DNA of 64,000 bases from Coriobacteriaceae bacterium. Lineage in GTDB: Bacteria > Bacillota_I > Bacilli_A > RFN20 > CAG-826. Location of the stretch: positions 8,267-72,266 of the forward strand of contig CAVDXG010000003.1 of assembly GCA_963612925.1 (NCBI GenBank), given 5' to 3'. Of the stretch, positions 33,275 to 41,988 are shown one piece after another (position 1 is the stretch's first letter; the number at the start of each line of letters is the position of its first letter). Under the pieces are notes generated by a model, which worked only from the letters and a program-made list of their open reading frames with translations, made no database searches and was not told the origin of the DNA. The position numbers and the translations under genes are program-made.

Positions 33275-34393
33275 ATGCTAGAGCTTAAAGAGATATTCCT
33301 TAAAGATAAACAACTGAAGAATATTGTTCAGAATCATGTTTTTAATGATGGGTTAAATTATATCGATTATGAATCTAAAGGATTATTTAATGCTTTAACT
33401 TTAAAAAATGATTTATTCTTAGATGGAACATTTATTGTTGATGGCATCACTTTTTTGCCTAACAACATCAACAAAGAGGAAACTCTTTCTATCTTAGCTA
33501 TCAATTCACAAGTGCTCTGCTTGACACTTTGCTTTATTGTAAATAAAAAAGATAAAAAGAAATTCATTGAAGAAACACAAAATAAATTCCTAGAATTAAA
33601 GGATTTGCCTTTAGAAACTTTTGCTGACAAAAATGAAAAGATTAACAAAATCTTAGAGATGAGCATTTCTTTAAAACCATCTTATGTTCTTGTAGATCTT
33701 AACGATGAAATCAACAAGTCTTGCTCCAACTTCATTGACAAATCTTTAAATAAATTAGTTAAAGATGTAACTTTTATCATTTTAAAAGAAGAATATATTG
33801 AGCCTAATTATTCGCAATTGGATATTGTTAACAATGAGGAATCAAAAAATAGTGATAAGAATCCTTCTAATAGAAAAAGTAATAACATCTTTTCAAAAGA
33901 AAATTCTAAGTTGTGGCTATCGACTTTAAAAGAGGAGTACACATCATTTTTACTAATCTCTTTTGAAGTGCTCTTTGGAGTCTTTTCTTCTTTATTATTT
34001 CCGTCCTATTTTGCTAATGAAGAACATTTTTGGGGCGTTGTTTTAGTTATTGTCTCAGTCATGTGCTTAGTTGCTGAACTCATCTTTGTCTCGCTTTGTG
34101 TTCAACCATATTTAAAGGATGAAAAGAAGAAAGAATTAAGAATTTCTCAGATTTATTTAGCTTTATTTGCCTTGCTGGCAATTGGAATATCTTATCTAGT
34201 CTTTGCTCTATCCTTATCAAGCGGAAACAATACGATTATTAATCTAGAAAAATATCAGCCAGTTATGTTTATCTCTTCTATTATTGTAAGCTTTATATCG
34301 CTATTTATTATTGTCTTAATTAAATATGTTTCTATACCTTATTTTTATCTTAAGAAAAAGCTCTCGAACAAAAAAGAATTAGACAAAAAGTAA
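33275..34393 (+). CDS. Hypothetical protein: N-terminal soluble region plus about four C-terminal TM helices
   Basis: 372 aa. K/N/E-rich N-terminal half, hydrophobic C-terminal half. No family recognised. Confidence 0.5.
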   Translation: MLELKEIFLKDKQLKNIVQNHVFNDGLNYIDYESKGLFNALTLKNDLFLDGTFIVDGITFLPNNINKEETLSILAINSQVLCLTLCFIVNKKDKKKFIEETQNKFLELKDLPLETFADKNEKINKILEMSISLKPSYVLVDLNDEINKSCSNFIDKSLNKLVKDVTFIILKEEYIEPNYSQLDIVNNEESKNSDKNPSNRKSNNIFSKENSKLWLSTLKEEYTSFLLISFEVLFGVFSSLLFPSYFANEEHFWGVVLVIVSVMCLVAELIFVSLCVQPYLKDEKKKELRISQIYLALFALLAIGISYLVFALSLSSGNNTIINLEKYQPVMFISSIIVSFISLFIIVLIKYVSIPYFYLKKKLSNKKELDKK

Positions 34394-34525
34394 AAATTTA
34401 TACCATTTAGTCATTAAAAATAATGTCGATATCTTCGGCATTTTTTAAAATAATGGAATACAAATATAAATTGAAGTCCAAAATAGAACATGTAATTACG
34501 CTATTTTTGATTAGGAGAGAGAAAA

Positions 34526-35854
34526 ATGGGAAAGTATACGAAAAAGCAAATCCTAAAAATTGCGGAAACGCAAAATGTACACTATGTCAGACTCCAATTT
34601 ACCGATATGCTTGGGGCGGTTAAAGCCGTGGAGATTCCAGTAGCTAAACTTGAGTCAGCCTTAAACGGAGAAATCATGTTTGATGGTTCATCCATCGAAG
34701 GCTTTGTCCGAATCAAAGAAGCCGATATGTATTTAAAACCAGATTTAGATACCTGGTTAATTCTTTCTTTTGAAGATAGTTCTTTTGGTAAAGTCGCTAG
34801 ACTAATCTGCGATGTCTACACTCCATATGGAAAGCCATTTAAAGGAGATCCTCGATATATTCTTAAAAGAGCTATTAAGAAGATGAAAGATGCTGGCATT
34901 GAACAGATGAATGTTGGCTTTGAGCCAGAATTTTATCTCTTTAAAAATGATAATGGAGAACTCGAAGTCACCGATAAGGGATCGTATTTTGATTTATCAC
35001 CAATTGACAATGGCAACTCCATTCGTCGAGAAATCGCTCTTGAACTTGAGCGATGCAACTTTGTTGTTCAAACTGCCCATCACGAAGTGGGCAATGGCCA
35101 ACAAGAGATCAACTTTAAATATGCCGATGTCTTAACAGCCTGCGACAATCTTCAATCCTTTAAGCACATCGTTAAATCGGTGGCCCGAAAGAACGGATTT
35201 GTTGCCTCTTTCATGCCTAAACCTTTCATGAATTTGCCAGGAAGTGGAATGCACACAAATATTTCCATTCAAGATAAGGAAGGGAATAACCTTTTCTATG
35301 ATGAGAAAGAGAGCATGAAGCTTTCAGCTTTATGCAAACAATTTATCTATGGCATCTTAAAGCATTCTCGCCCGATGAGTGCGGTCACAAATCCAATTGT
35401 TAATTCTTATAAGAGATTAATCTCTGGCTTTGAAGCGCCTTGCTATGCTTGCTGGAGCGATGCGAATAGATCTTCAATGATTCGTATTCCAGCCGTTAGA
35501 GGCGCCGCGACAAGAGCTGAAATTCGTAGCGTTGACCCATACGCCAATCCATATCTCGCTTTAGCGGTCATCATCAACGCCGGACTTGATGGAGTGCTCA
35601 ACCCTGACAAAGTTCCAGTTGTTCCTCCAGTCTATGACAATATCTTCTCACTCACTCGTGAAGAAAGAGAAGCTAAAGGCATTCCAAACCTTCCAGAGAA
35701 TTTAAAAGATGCTTTAAAAGAAATGACTAGAGATCCTTTGATGAAAGAGACTTTAGGCGATCATACCTATGGAAAATATCTTGAAGCCAAACAAATTGAG
35801 TGGTCAGAATTTTCTAGAATGGTGAGCAAGTGGGAAATTGATAGATATTTATAA
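34526..35854 (+). CDS. glnA: Glutamine synthetase, type I
   Basis: FDGSSIEGF, the HHEV...GQQEI region and the NPYLA motif. RBS AGGAGAG upstream. Confidence 0.92.
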   Translation: MGKYTKKQILKIAETQNVHYVRLQFTDMLGAVKAVEIPVAKLESALNGEIMFDGSSIEGFVRIKEADMYLKPDLDTWLILSFEDSSFGKVARLICDVYTPYGKPFKGDPRYILKRAIKKMKDAGIEQMNVGFEPEFYLFKNDNGELEVTDKGSYFDLSPIDNGNSIRREIALELERCNFVVQTAHHEVGNGQQEINFKYADVLTACDNLQSFKHIVKSVARKNGFVASFMPKPFMNLPGSGMHTNISIQDKEGNNLFYDEKESMKLSALCKQFIYGILKHSRPMSAVTNPIVNSYKRLISGFEAPCYACWSDANRSSMIRIPAVRGAATRAEIRSVDPYANPYLALAVIINAGLDGVLNPDKVPVVPPVYDNIFSLTREEREAKGIPNLPENLKDALKEMTRDPLMKETLGDHTYGKYLEAKQIEWSEFSRMVSKWEIDRYL

Positions 35855-35898
35855 TTTGTTGTCTTTCTAATATTATTTAATATTAAGAGGCGACAGTT

Positions 35899-37110
35899 AT
35901 GGACAAAGAAATTTTTGATTTGATTAAAGAAGAATGCGATAGGCAAAATGAAGGCATTGAGCTAATCGCTAGCGAAAATTATGCGAGCAAAGATGTTAGA
36001 AAGGCCTGCGGTTCGATTCTGACTAATAAATACGCGGAAGGCTATCCACATAAGCGTTATTACGGCGGTTGCGAAGTCGTCGATAAAATCGAAGAAATTG
36101 CTATTGAAAGAGCCAAGAAGTTATTTAACTGCCGTTTTGCGAATGTACAACCTCATTCTGGTTCACAAGCTAATGCTGCCGCATATCGTGCCCTTCTCCC
36201 TGATGGAGGGAAAATACTTTCATTAACTCTTAATGATGGAGGACATCTCAGCCATGGAAGTCCGGTCTCTTTTTCATCACATTTTTATAATTTCGTCTTC
36301 TATCCATTAGGAAAAGATGGGCATTTAGATTACAGCCTTCTTTTAGAAGTAGCTAAAAAAGAGAAACCTGATTTAATTCTCGCCGGCTACAGCGCCTATC
36401 CTTTTATCATCGACTTTAAGAAAATTAAAGAAATATGTGACGAAGTGAACGCCAAATTCATCGTGGATATGGCTCATATCGCTGGACTTGTGGCCTCAAA
36501 TGAGCATCCTAGTCCATTTCCATATGCTGATGTTGTTACCTCTACGACCCATAAAACTTTAAGAGGGCCACGCGGAGGATTAATTCTAACTAATGATGAA
36601 GAATTAGCTAAAAGAATTAATTCAGCTGTCTTTCCTTTCTATCAAGGAGGTCCTTTAGAGCACATCATCGCCGGCAAAGTGATATGCTTCAAAGAAGCTT
36701 TAGATGATTCCTTTAAAGTTTATATCAAGCATGTTAAAGATAACACTTTAGCGTGTGCAAAGACATTTATTGAATTAAATGATAAGGCATCATTAAGCGA
36801 GAACCATTTATTCTTAGTAAATACTTTAGATTCCTTTGGCTTAACTGGATTAGACGCCCAGAAAAAGCTCGAAGAAATTGGCATTACCACGAATAAAAAT
36901 ATGCTACCTAACGATACATTAAAGCCAAATAAAACTTCTGGTCTTCGCATCGGCTTCGCGGCCGCGACAACGCGCGGTGCAACTAAAGATGATGCAGTAA
37001 AGATTGCTAAATTAATTCATGCTTATTTAAAGAATGAGATAACGCGAGAAGAAGCTTTAAAGGAAGTTAAAGTAATTACATCTTCCTGGAAAAAAATCGA
37101 AGAGATTTAA
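35899..37110 (+). CDS. glyA: Serine hydroxymethyltransferase
   Basis: SENYAS, YYGGCE and TSTTHKTLRGPRGG (PLP lysine). Confidence 0.95.
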   Translation: MDKEIFDLIKEECDRQNEGIELIASENYASKDVRKACGSILTNKYAEGYPHKRYYGGCEVVDKIEEIAIERAKKLFNCRFANVQPHSGSQANAAAYRALLPDGGKILSLTLNDGGHLSHGSPVSFSSHFYNFVFYPLGKDGHLDYSLLLEVAKKEKPDLILAGYSAYPFIIDFKKIKEICDEVNAKFIVDMAHIAGLVASNEHPSPFPYADVVTSTTHKTLRGPRGGLILTNDEELAKRINSAVFPFYQGGPLEHIIAGKVICFKEALDDSFKVYIKHVKDNTLACAKTFIELNDKASLSENHLFLVNTLDSFGLTGLDAQKKLEEIGITTNKNMLPNDTLKPNKTSGLRIGFAAATTRGATKDDAVKIAKLIHAYLKNEITREEALKEVKVITSSWKKIEEI

Positions 37111-37122
37111 GAGGTATACATC

Positions 37123-37326
37123 ATGAGAATTATTAAAGAGTCAAATCCAACTTTTAGAGTCACTTGCGAATATTGCGGAACAATTTTTGAATATCAGCTA
37201 AATGAACTTGGTTATCGTCCATGGTATCCGCATGGCTTTGTCTATTGCCCACATTGCCATAAGCCTCTCCGACACGATTCTTGCAATATGGTTAGTGATG
37301 TCTGTGATATCGAAGAAAATAAATAA
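37123..37326 (+). CDS. Small zinc-ribbon protein
   Basis: 67 aa. CEYCG...CPHCH gives two CxxC pairs. RBS AAGAGG. Starts 12 nt after glyA. Confidence 0.55.
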   Translation: MRIIKESNPTFRVTCEYCGTIFEYQLNELGYRPWYPHGFVYCPHCHKPLRHDSCNMVSDVCDIEENK

Positions 37327-37478
37327 TTTATATCTTTTAAAACATAAATATCTATTGATTATTTGGCGATTGTTAAATTAACTATGTACAACAATCTACG
37401 ACATTTTATTCTTTCTAACTGTAAAATTTATTTTCCATAAGATTAGTTATTTATCTTTTAGGCTTATTTATTTAGAGG

Positions 37479-37502
37479 TTGTCACTTTATTTGTCACTTT
37501 AT
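37479..37502 (+). repeat. Tandem 12-bp repeat TTGTCACTTTAT x2
   Basis: Exact copies at 37479-37490 and 37491-37502, in a convergent intergenic region. Confidence 0.8.
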
Positions 37503-37576
37503 TTTCGCATCTTCATTTTAAGAAAATTGAATATGTCGATATAAAGAATTAATAAGCAGAAAGACAAAGCTATGAG

Positions 37577-37594
37577 CCTGGACACTCCTGGACA
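37577..37594 (+). repeat. CCTGGACA x2 with 10-bp period
   Basis: CCTGGACA at 37577-37584 and 37587-37594. An unusually GC-rich word for this region. Confidence 0.75.
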
Positions 37595-37618
37595 AATTAG
37601 CAAAATATGTAGCTTTTT

Positions 37619-38973
37619 TTAAAAGTTATACTGGTCTTTGCCGAGCAAAAAAGTCAAATAATGAGGGATTGTTATAATATCGTTTTCCTCACCTATGTTG
37701 TAATCGCCAATCTTAATTAATTTTACTCCTCCATAATGCTCAGGATGTTTCATTACGGTTTTACTTGATTTGCTGTTACCACTTTTTGATTTTGCTTCAA
37801 TCAATGTGACGTAGCCTTTATAAGCGATAACAAAATCAATTTCTAGTCCACTTGTCTTTGCATAGTAATAGGTTTTGATATTTGCTTTGTATAGTGAGTC
37901 GAAATCTAAAGCTTCATATATTGCGCCTTTTCCTTGACCTAACTTTCCTTTAAGAAGAGAGGGAACTATCTCGACACCATACATTGCTATTGCAATTCCT
38001 ATATCAGTTGGGAAAAGTTTAAACTGCGATGGGATTTTCTATAGTTAAAGGCAAGGAAGGAATTTCTAGATTGTACACTTTTTCAACAATATGGGCTTGT
38101 CTTAAATATTCAATTGCATCGTTTTTATCGTATTGAAGTCCTTTTTTAATTTTGCTTACGATAAACCTTTTGTTTTCTTTAGCTAAAAAATAAGGAATAA
38201 GGTCATAGACATTTTCTATTCTTGATATTTCTGAAGTAGAAAAGACGAGTTCACCTTTTTTGTTTTTTCTTCTTCCGATGTCTGCTTTCATTTCAGAAAT
38301 AATGTTCTTTAATACTTTGTATGACTTCTCCATATTTTTTGTTTCCACAAAAGAGGCGACTGCTTTTGGAAAGCCGCTTACGCAGGCATATTGAATAAAA
38401 AGCTTTTTATATACGCCGTGTGTAAAACTATCAATTGGTTTTCGGGTTTTAAATTGATTGAATAAGTAGTCTATTTGTTCACTTGTATAGTTGTTTGCCC
38501 AAAGGAATTCTTCAAAATCCATTGTTTTCATTTCGATGATGTTTTCTGCTCCGACAGGAATAGGTGTTGCATCACCTTTTATATATCCATTTATTCCCAG
38601 AAACGAGCCGCTTGAGATTACTTTATATTTGCTATCTTTTTAAAAAAAACTTTAAAGATAAACGGGCTCTTGGGCAATCTTGAATTTCATCAAAGAACAA
38701 AAGAGTTGTACCTGGATTCATGCTATATTTGGGAAATCTTAAAGATATATTAGATATTAATGTTTTCGGATCTAGACTATTATCAAATATTGAACAATAT
38801 TCTGGGTGAGTCCAAAAGTTTATATTAATCAATTGAAGATTGTTCCTTTTTGCAAATTCTTTTATGCTTTCTGTTTTCCCGCATTGACGTACACCAACAA
38901 GTAAAATTGGTGTTTTATCATCACCTTTTAACCAGCTATCTAATTGATCATCAATTTTTCTTTTATAATACAC
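37619..38973 (-). pseudogene. Frameshifted AAA_14/DUF4143 ATPase (paralogue of 24326-25747)
   Basis: Three consecutive ORFs (38973-38632, 38531-38019, 37984-37619) together reconstitute the full architecture: VGVRQCGKT Walker A, FFDEIQDCP Walker B, ...FPTDIGIAIAM..., EIDFVIAY. The frame breaks in the T5A8 run at about 38637-38650 and in a T-run at about 38020-38030. GTG start follows AAGGAGG. Confidence 0.75.
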
Positions 38974-39020
38974 AAACGAATCCCCTCCTTAAGAAAATTA
39001 AACCGAGTTCGCATCTTAAA

Positions 39021-39075
39021 TATAAGAAATTTAAAGCGAGTTATGATCAAGTTTATAAGAAATTTAAATCGACTT
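39021..39075 (+). repeat. Two 22-bp direct repeats in the 5' region of the decayed ATPase
   Basis: TATAAGAAATTTAAAGCGAGTT at 39021-39042 and TATAAGAAATTTAAATCGACTT at 39054-39075 (2 mismatches). AAGTAGACT also occurs twice, at 39110-39118 and 39122-39130. Confidence 0.75.
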
Positions 39076-39285
39076 TGTATTGCTCTAAAATATTTCGTTT
39101 CAATCGAAGAAGTAGACTAAAAAGTAGACTTTAAATTAAATGAACTTTAGTCAAAAATTGAGTTCGTTTTTAGTTAAATAAGTGGTTAGAAAAATTGGAT
39201 GCAATAAATAGCGTGACTGAGTTAAAGATGCTTAGACCTTTTCAAAAGTATTTAAGGAATGATTTTTATGGTCCAACTGACTTCA

Positions 39286-39900
39286 TCAATTCCTTGTCAT
39301 CATTTCATCCTTGTACTTATTGATAAAACTATAGACTGCATTGATGGACGATTTATATTTCTTAGCTATCTTAGCTTTCGTAGTTCCGTTTTTTAAAGCT
39401 TTAAATATTTCTTCTTTATATGGATATAGTTTTCTATTGACATTAGTTGCCCCTATTGGCCTTCCTAAGCGTTTACCTTCTTGTTTAATTCTTGCTAACG
39501 CTTCTTTGGTTCTTTCGGATATCAGTTTTCTTTCTATTTCCGCGGATAAGCCAAAGGCAAATGCTAGAACTTTAGATTCGATATTATCATCTAGTAGAAA
39601 TTTATCTTGGATAGTGATTACTTTTATTTCTTTAAGCGTGCAGTAGTTAAGAATATCCATAATCATATAAAGATTTCTACCTAGTCGCGATAGTTCGCTG
39701 GCGATGAGTGTATCACCTCTTTTTAAGCGTTTTAATAGTTTGCCTAACTCTCTTTTTGAGTAATTCCGCATGCCTGAGACAGTTTCTTCGATGTAGTTAT
39801 CGATTGTAAGAGAATGCTTAGATGCATATTCAGCGATTTCAAATCTTTGATTTTCAACTGTCTGCGTATCTGTGCTCACTCTTATATAGCCATATATCAT
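39286..39900 (-). CDS. Small serine recombinase (resolvase/invertase family) with C-terminal HTH
   Basis: 204 aa. N-terminal MIYGYIRVSTDTQ (catalytic Ser), SRLGRN, and a C-terminal HTH (TKAKIAKKYKSSINAVYSFI). Confidence 0.88.
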   Translation of the reverse strand: MIYGYIRVSTDTQTVENQRFEIAEYASKHSLTIDNYIEETVSGMRNYSKRELGKLLKRLKRGDTLIASELSRLGRNLYMIMDILNYCTLKEIKVITIQDKFLLDDNIESKVLAFAFGLSAEIERKLISERTKEALARIKQEGKRLGRPIGATNVNRKLYPYKEEIFKALKNGTTKAKIAKKYKSSINAVYSFINKYKDEMMTRN

Positions 39901-39949
39901 TTTGATCCCCCTTATGTTTACTTAATTTGTCTTCATTGGCTAAAAGCCA

Positions 39950-39979
39950 TTAACAAATCAACTTTGATAGAGTTATAAT
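39950..39979 (+). promoter_or_regulatory. Candidate sigma-70 promoter for yebC
   Basis: TTAACA (39950-39955), an 18-nt spacer, then TATAAT (39974-39979), about 45 nt upstream of ATG 40024. Confidence 0.4.
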
Positions 39980-40023
39980 AAATTGCATTTTTTATTAGAT
40001 TAAAAATAGGAGATTAAATATTT

Positions 40024-40731
40024 ATGGGTAGACATCATGAAGTTAGAGCCGCGGCGATGGCTAAAACTGGGAAGATTAAATCAGCCTTGTACGCCAGAGC
40101 ATCCAGAGAGGCCTATTTAGCGGCAAGAACTGGTTCACCAGATCCAAAGACTAATTTAGCCTTGCGAGCGGTTTATGAAAAATATCGAGGGAAAAGCGTT
40201 CCTCGCGATGTTTTTGATCGAGCGATTAAAAAAGCGCAAGGGGGCGATGCTGAAGTATTTATCGCTGGAAGATATGAATTCTTTGGTCCAGCTGGCTCAT
40301 ATATCATCGTCGATACTTTGACAGATAACCCTAACCGCGCCTTAGTGGAAGTTAAAACTAATGTTGTTCGCAAAGGTGGACATTTAGGAAGCGTATCCTT
40401 TAACTTTGAAGAAAAAGGCGTGCTCGTCTTTAAAGGAAACAATAAAGATGAAGTAGAAGAAGCGCTTATCTTAGGCGATGTTGATGTCCTAAGCGTTGAG
40501 CAAGATGAAGATTTAATCGTTGTCTATGTCGTTCCTAGCGCATTTGCGAAAGCTAAAGAAGTGCTAGCCTCTATTGGAGTAAGCGAATACGAGGAAGCTG
40601 AAATATCGATGATTCCAAACGAATACATCACAATTGATGATCCAGAAACTAAAGCTAAGTTTGAAGAATTAATCGATGCTTTAGATGAACTTGAAGATGT
40701 TCAAAACGTCTATCATAACGTGGATTTATAA
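40024..40731 (+). CDS. yebC: YebC/PmpR-family DNA-binding regulator
   Basis: 235 aa. SPDPKTNLALRAVYEKYRGKSVPRDVFDRAIKKAQGG and the C-terminal DVQNVYHN are family-typical. The N-terminus is divergent (MGRHHEVRAAAMAK). Confidence 0.8.
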   Translation: MGRHHEVRAAAMAKTGKIKSALYARASREAYLAARTGSPDPKTNLALRAVYEKYRGKSVPRDVFDRAIKKAQGGDAEVFIAGRYEFFGPAGSYIIVDTLTDNPNRALVEVKTNVVRKGGHLGSVSFNFEEKGVLVFKGNNKDEVEEALILGDVDVLSVEQDEDLIVVYVVPSAFAKAKEVLASIGVSEYEEAEISMIPNEYITIDDPETKAKFEELIDALDELEDVQNVYHNVDL

Positions 40732-40751
40732 TTATAAAGATAATCTGAATG

Positions 40752-40779
40752 GTGTCACCAAAAAGGTGACGCTTTTATT
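40752..40779 (+). terminator. Rho-independent terminator after yebC
   Basis: Stem GTGTCACC (40752-40759), loop AAAAA, stem GGTGACGC (40765-40772, one G-U pair), then TTTTATT. Confidence 0.7.
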
Positions 40780-40801
40780 AAACAGATTGTTAAATCATCT
40801 T

Positions 40802-41758
40802 TTAATCGTCGTTTTTATGATTAATATTTTTGATACGAAGAATTATCTTAACGAAAAAATACAATATAGGATTAAATAAGGCTATAAATTTCATTTTTTG
40901 CAATAAGCCTGCGTTTCCTACAGCTTTTTTATATAGAAGTTTTGTAGATTTATAATTTGGTATATTTTTGCTTTTAATCTTGTGAACTTTTGCTAAACTA
41001 AAAACTTCAAAAAAGGAATTGCACATGTCTTTTAATAAATTCGGATAGTTTTTATTTATAAAATCAGCCTTTTGTTCAATAGATAAGAAATAGCTTTGAA
41101 TTTTATACAAATCCAAGCGCCTGGACGATGATGATTCATTTGTTCTATAAAAATATAAAACTTCGTCGGTATATACACATTTTGAAGCTCGACTTAAAAC
41201 AAATGTGATTAAATAAACATCTTCGAAAATTCTGCCTTCGGGATAGGCTACATCATCAAATAGTTTTCTTTTAAACAACCTTCCCCAACTAAATGTTTGA
41301 ATTTTGGAGCATATTGCCACATCTTGCATCAAAGAATAATTGTCTAATATTAAGCTCTCTTTTTTTGCAATTGGTTTCTTGATTGAATTAACAAAAGTTT
41401 TGTAGTTTGAAATAGACACATCGGCGTCATTACTTTTCAATAAATCAAGGAGTATCTTTAAACAATTTAAATCTATTACATCATCGGCATCGATAAAAAA
41501 TAAATAATCGCCAGTTGCAAGCTTTAAGGCAATATTTCTGCAATATGATTGCCCATTATTCTGACTATTATCAATGAATTTAAACCTTAAATCGTTATCC
41601 GCATATTTTTTTATTATTTCTTTGCTTGAATCAGTTGAACCATCATTAACTATTAAAACTTCAAAATTCTTGTAAGTTTGGCCGATTATAGAGCAAAGGC
41701 ATTCGTCCAAATATTTTTCGCAGTTATAAACAGGGATAATTATTGATATTTTGTCCAT
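40802..41758 (-). CDS. Family-2 glycosyltransferase
   Basis: ISIIIPVYNCEKYLDECLCSIIGQTYKNFEVLIVNDGSTD and a DADD motif. Confidence 0.85.
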   Translation of the reverse strand: MDKISIIIPVYNCEKYLDECLCSIIGQTYKNFEVLIVNDGSTDSSKEIIKKYADNDLRFKFIDNSQNNGQSYCRNIALKLATGDYLFFIDADDVIDLNCLKILLDLLKSNDADVSISNYKTFVNSIKKPIAKKESLILDNYSLMQDVAICSKIQTFSWGRLFKRKLFDDVAYPEGRIFEDVYLITFVLSRASKCVYTDEVLYFYRTNESSSSRRLDLYKIQSYFLSIEQKADFINKNYPNLLKDMCNSFFEVFSLAKVHKIKSKNIPNYKSTKLLYKKAVGNAGLLQKMKFIALFNPILYFFVKIILRIKNINHKNDD

Positions 41759-41988
41759 AAAACAATGATTGATTTAGCGCAACTACTGCAATAATTATAC
41801 TATTACTTTAACTGACAATATCTACTAGATTTTTAGTTACTATAATGTTTAGATAACATTAAATTGACCTGCTCTTTAATCAACATGATAAGCAAGATAT
41901 TGCCTAGTTTCTACTTGATAATGTTTAAAAAACATATTTAAATAATGTCCTACTAAACCTATTATTGAGTGAATTAAAAATTATATTT

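Noticed and set aside
34423-34623. 66-aa ORF overlapping the glnA start
   Set aside because: It overlaps the well-supported glnA frame (RBS AGGAGAG, canonical N-terminus) and has no RBS or recognisable motif. It is most likely leader sequence read in frame.
38850-39134. 94-aa plus-strand ORF spanning the pseudogene start and the repeat-rich spacer
   Set aside because: It runs antisense to the ATPase N-terminus and then through the direct repeats. It uses a non-ATG start, has no RBS and gives a low-complexity product.
40685-40879. 64-aa ORF bridging the yebC 3' end, its terminator and the GT2 3' end
   Set aside because: It reads through a strong terminator hairpin and overlaps two better-supported genes, so it is implausible as a gene.
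41759-41988. Invertible-promoter idea for the divergent region between the GT2 gene and wzx (AATGTT/AACATT inverted words at about 41846-41861 and 41921-41935)
   Set aside because: The inverted words are only 5-6 bp, AT-rich and closely spaced, unlike the 15-30-bp inverted repeats that flank known invertible promoters. They are not similar to the sequence next to the recombinase apart from a 10-nt A/T-rich match (TTTTTAGTTA).
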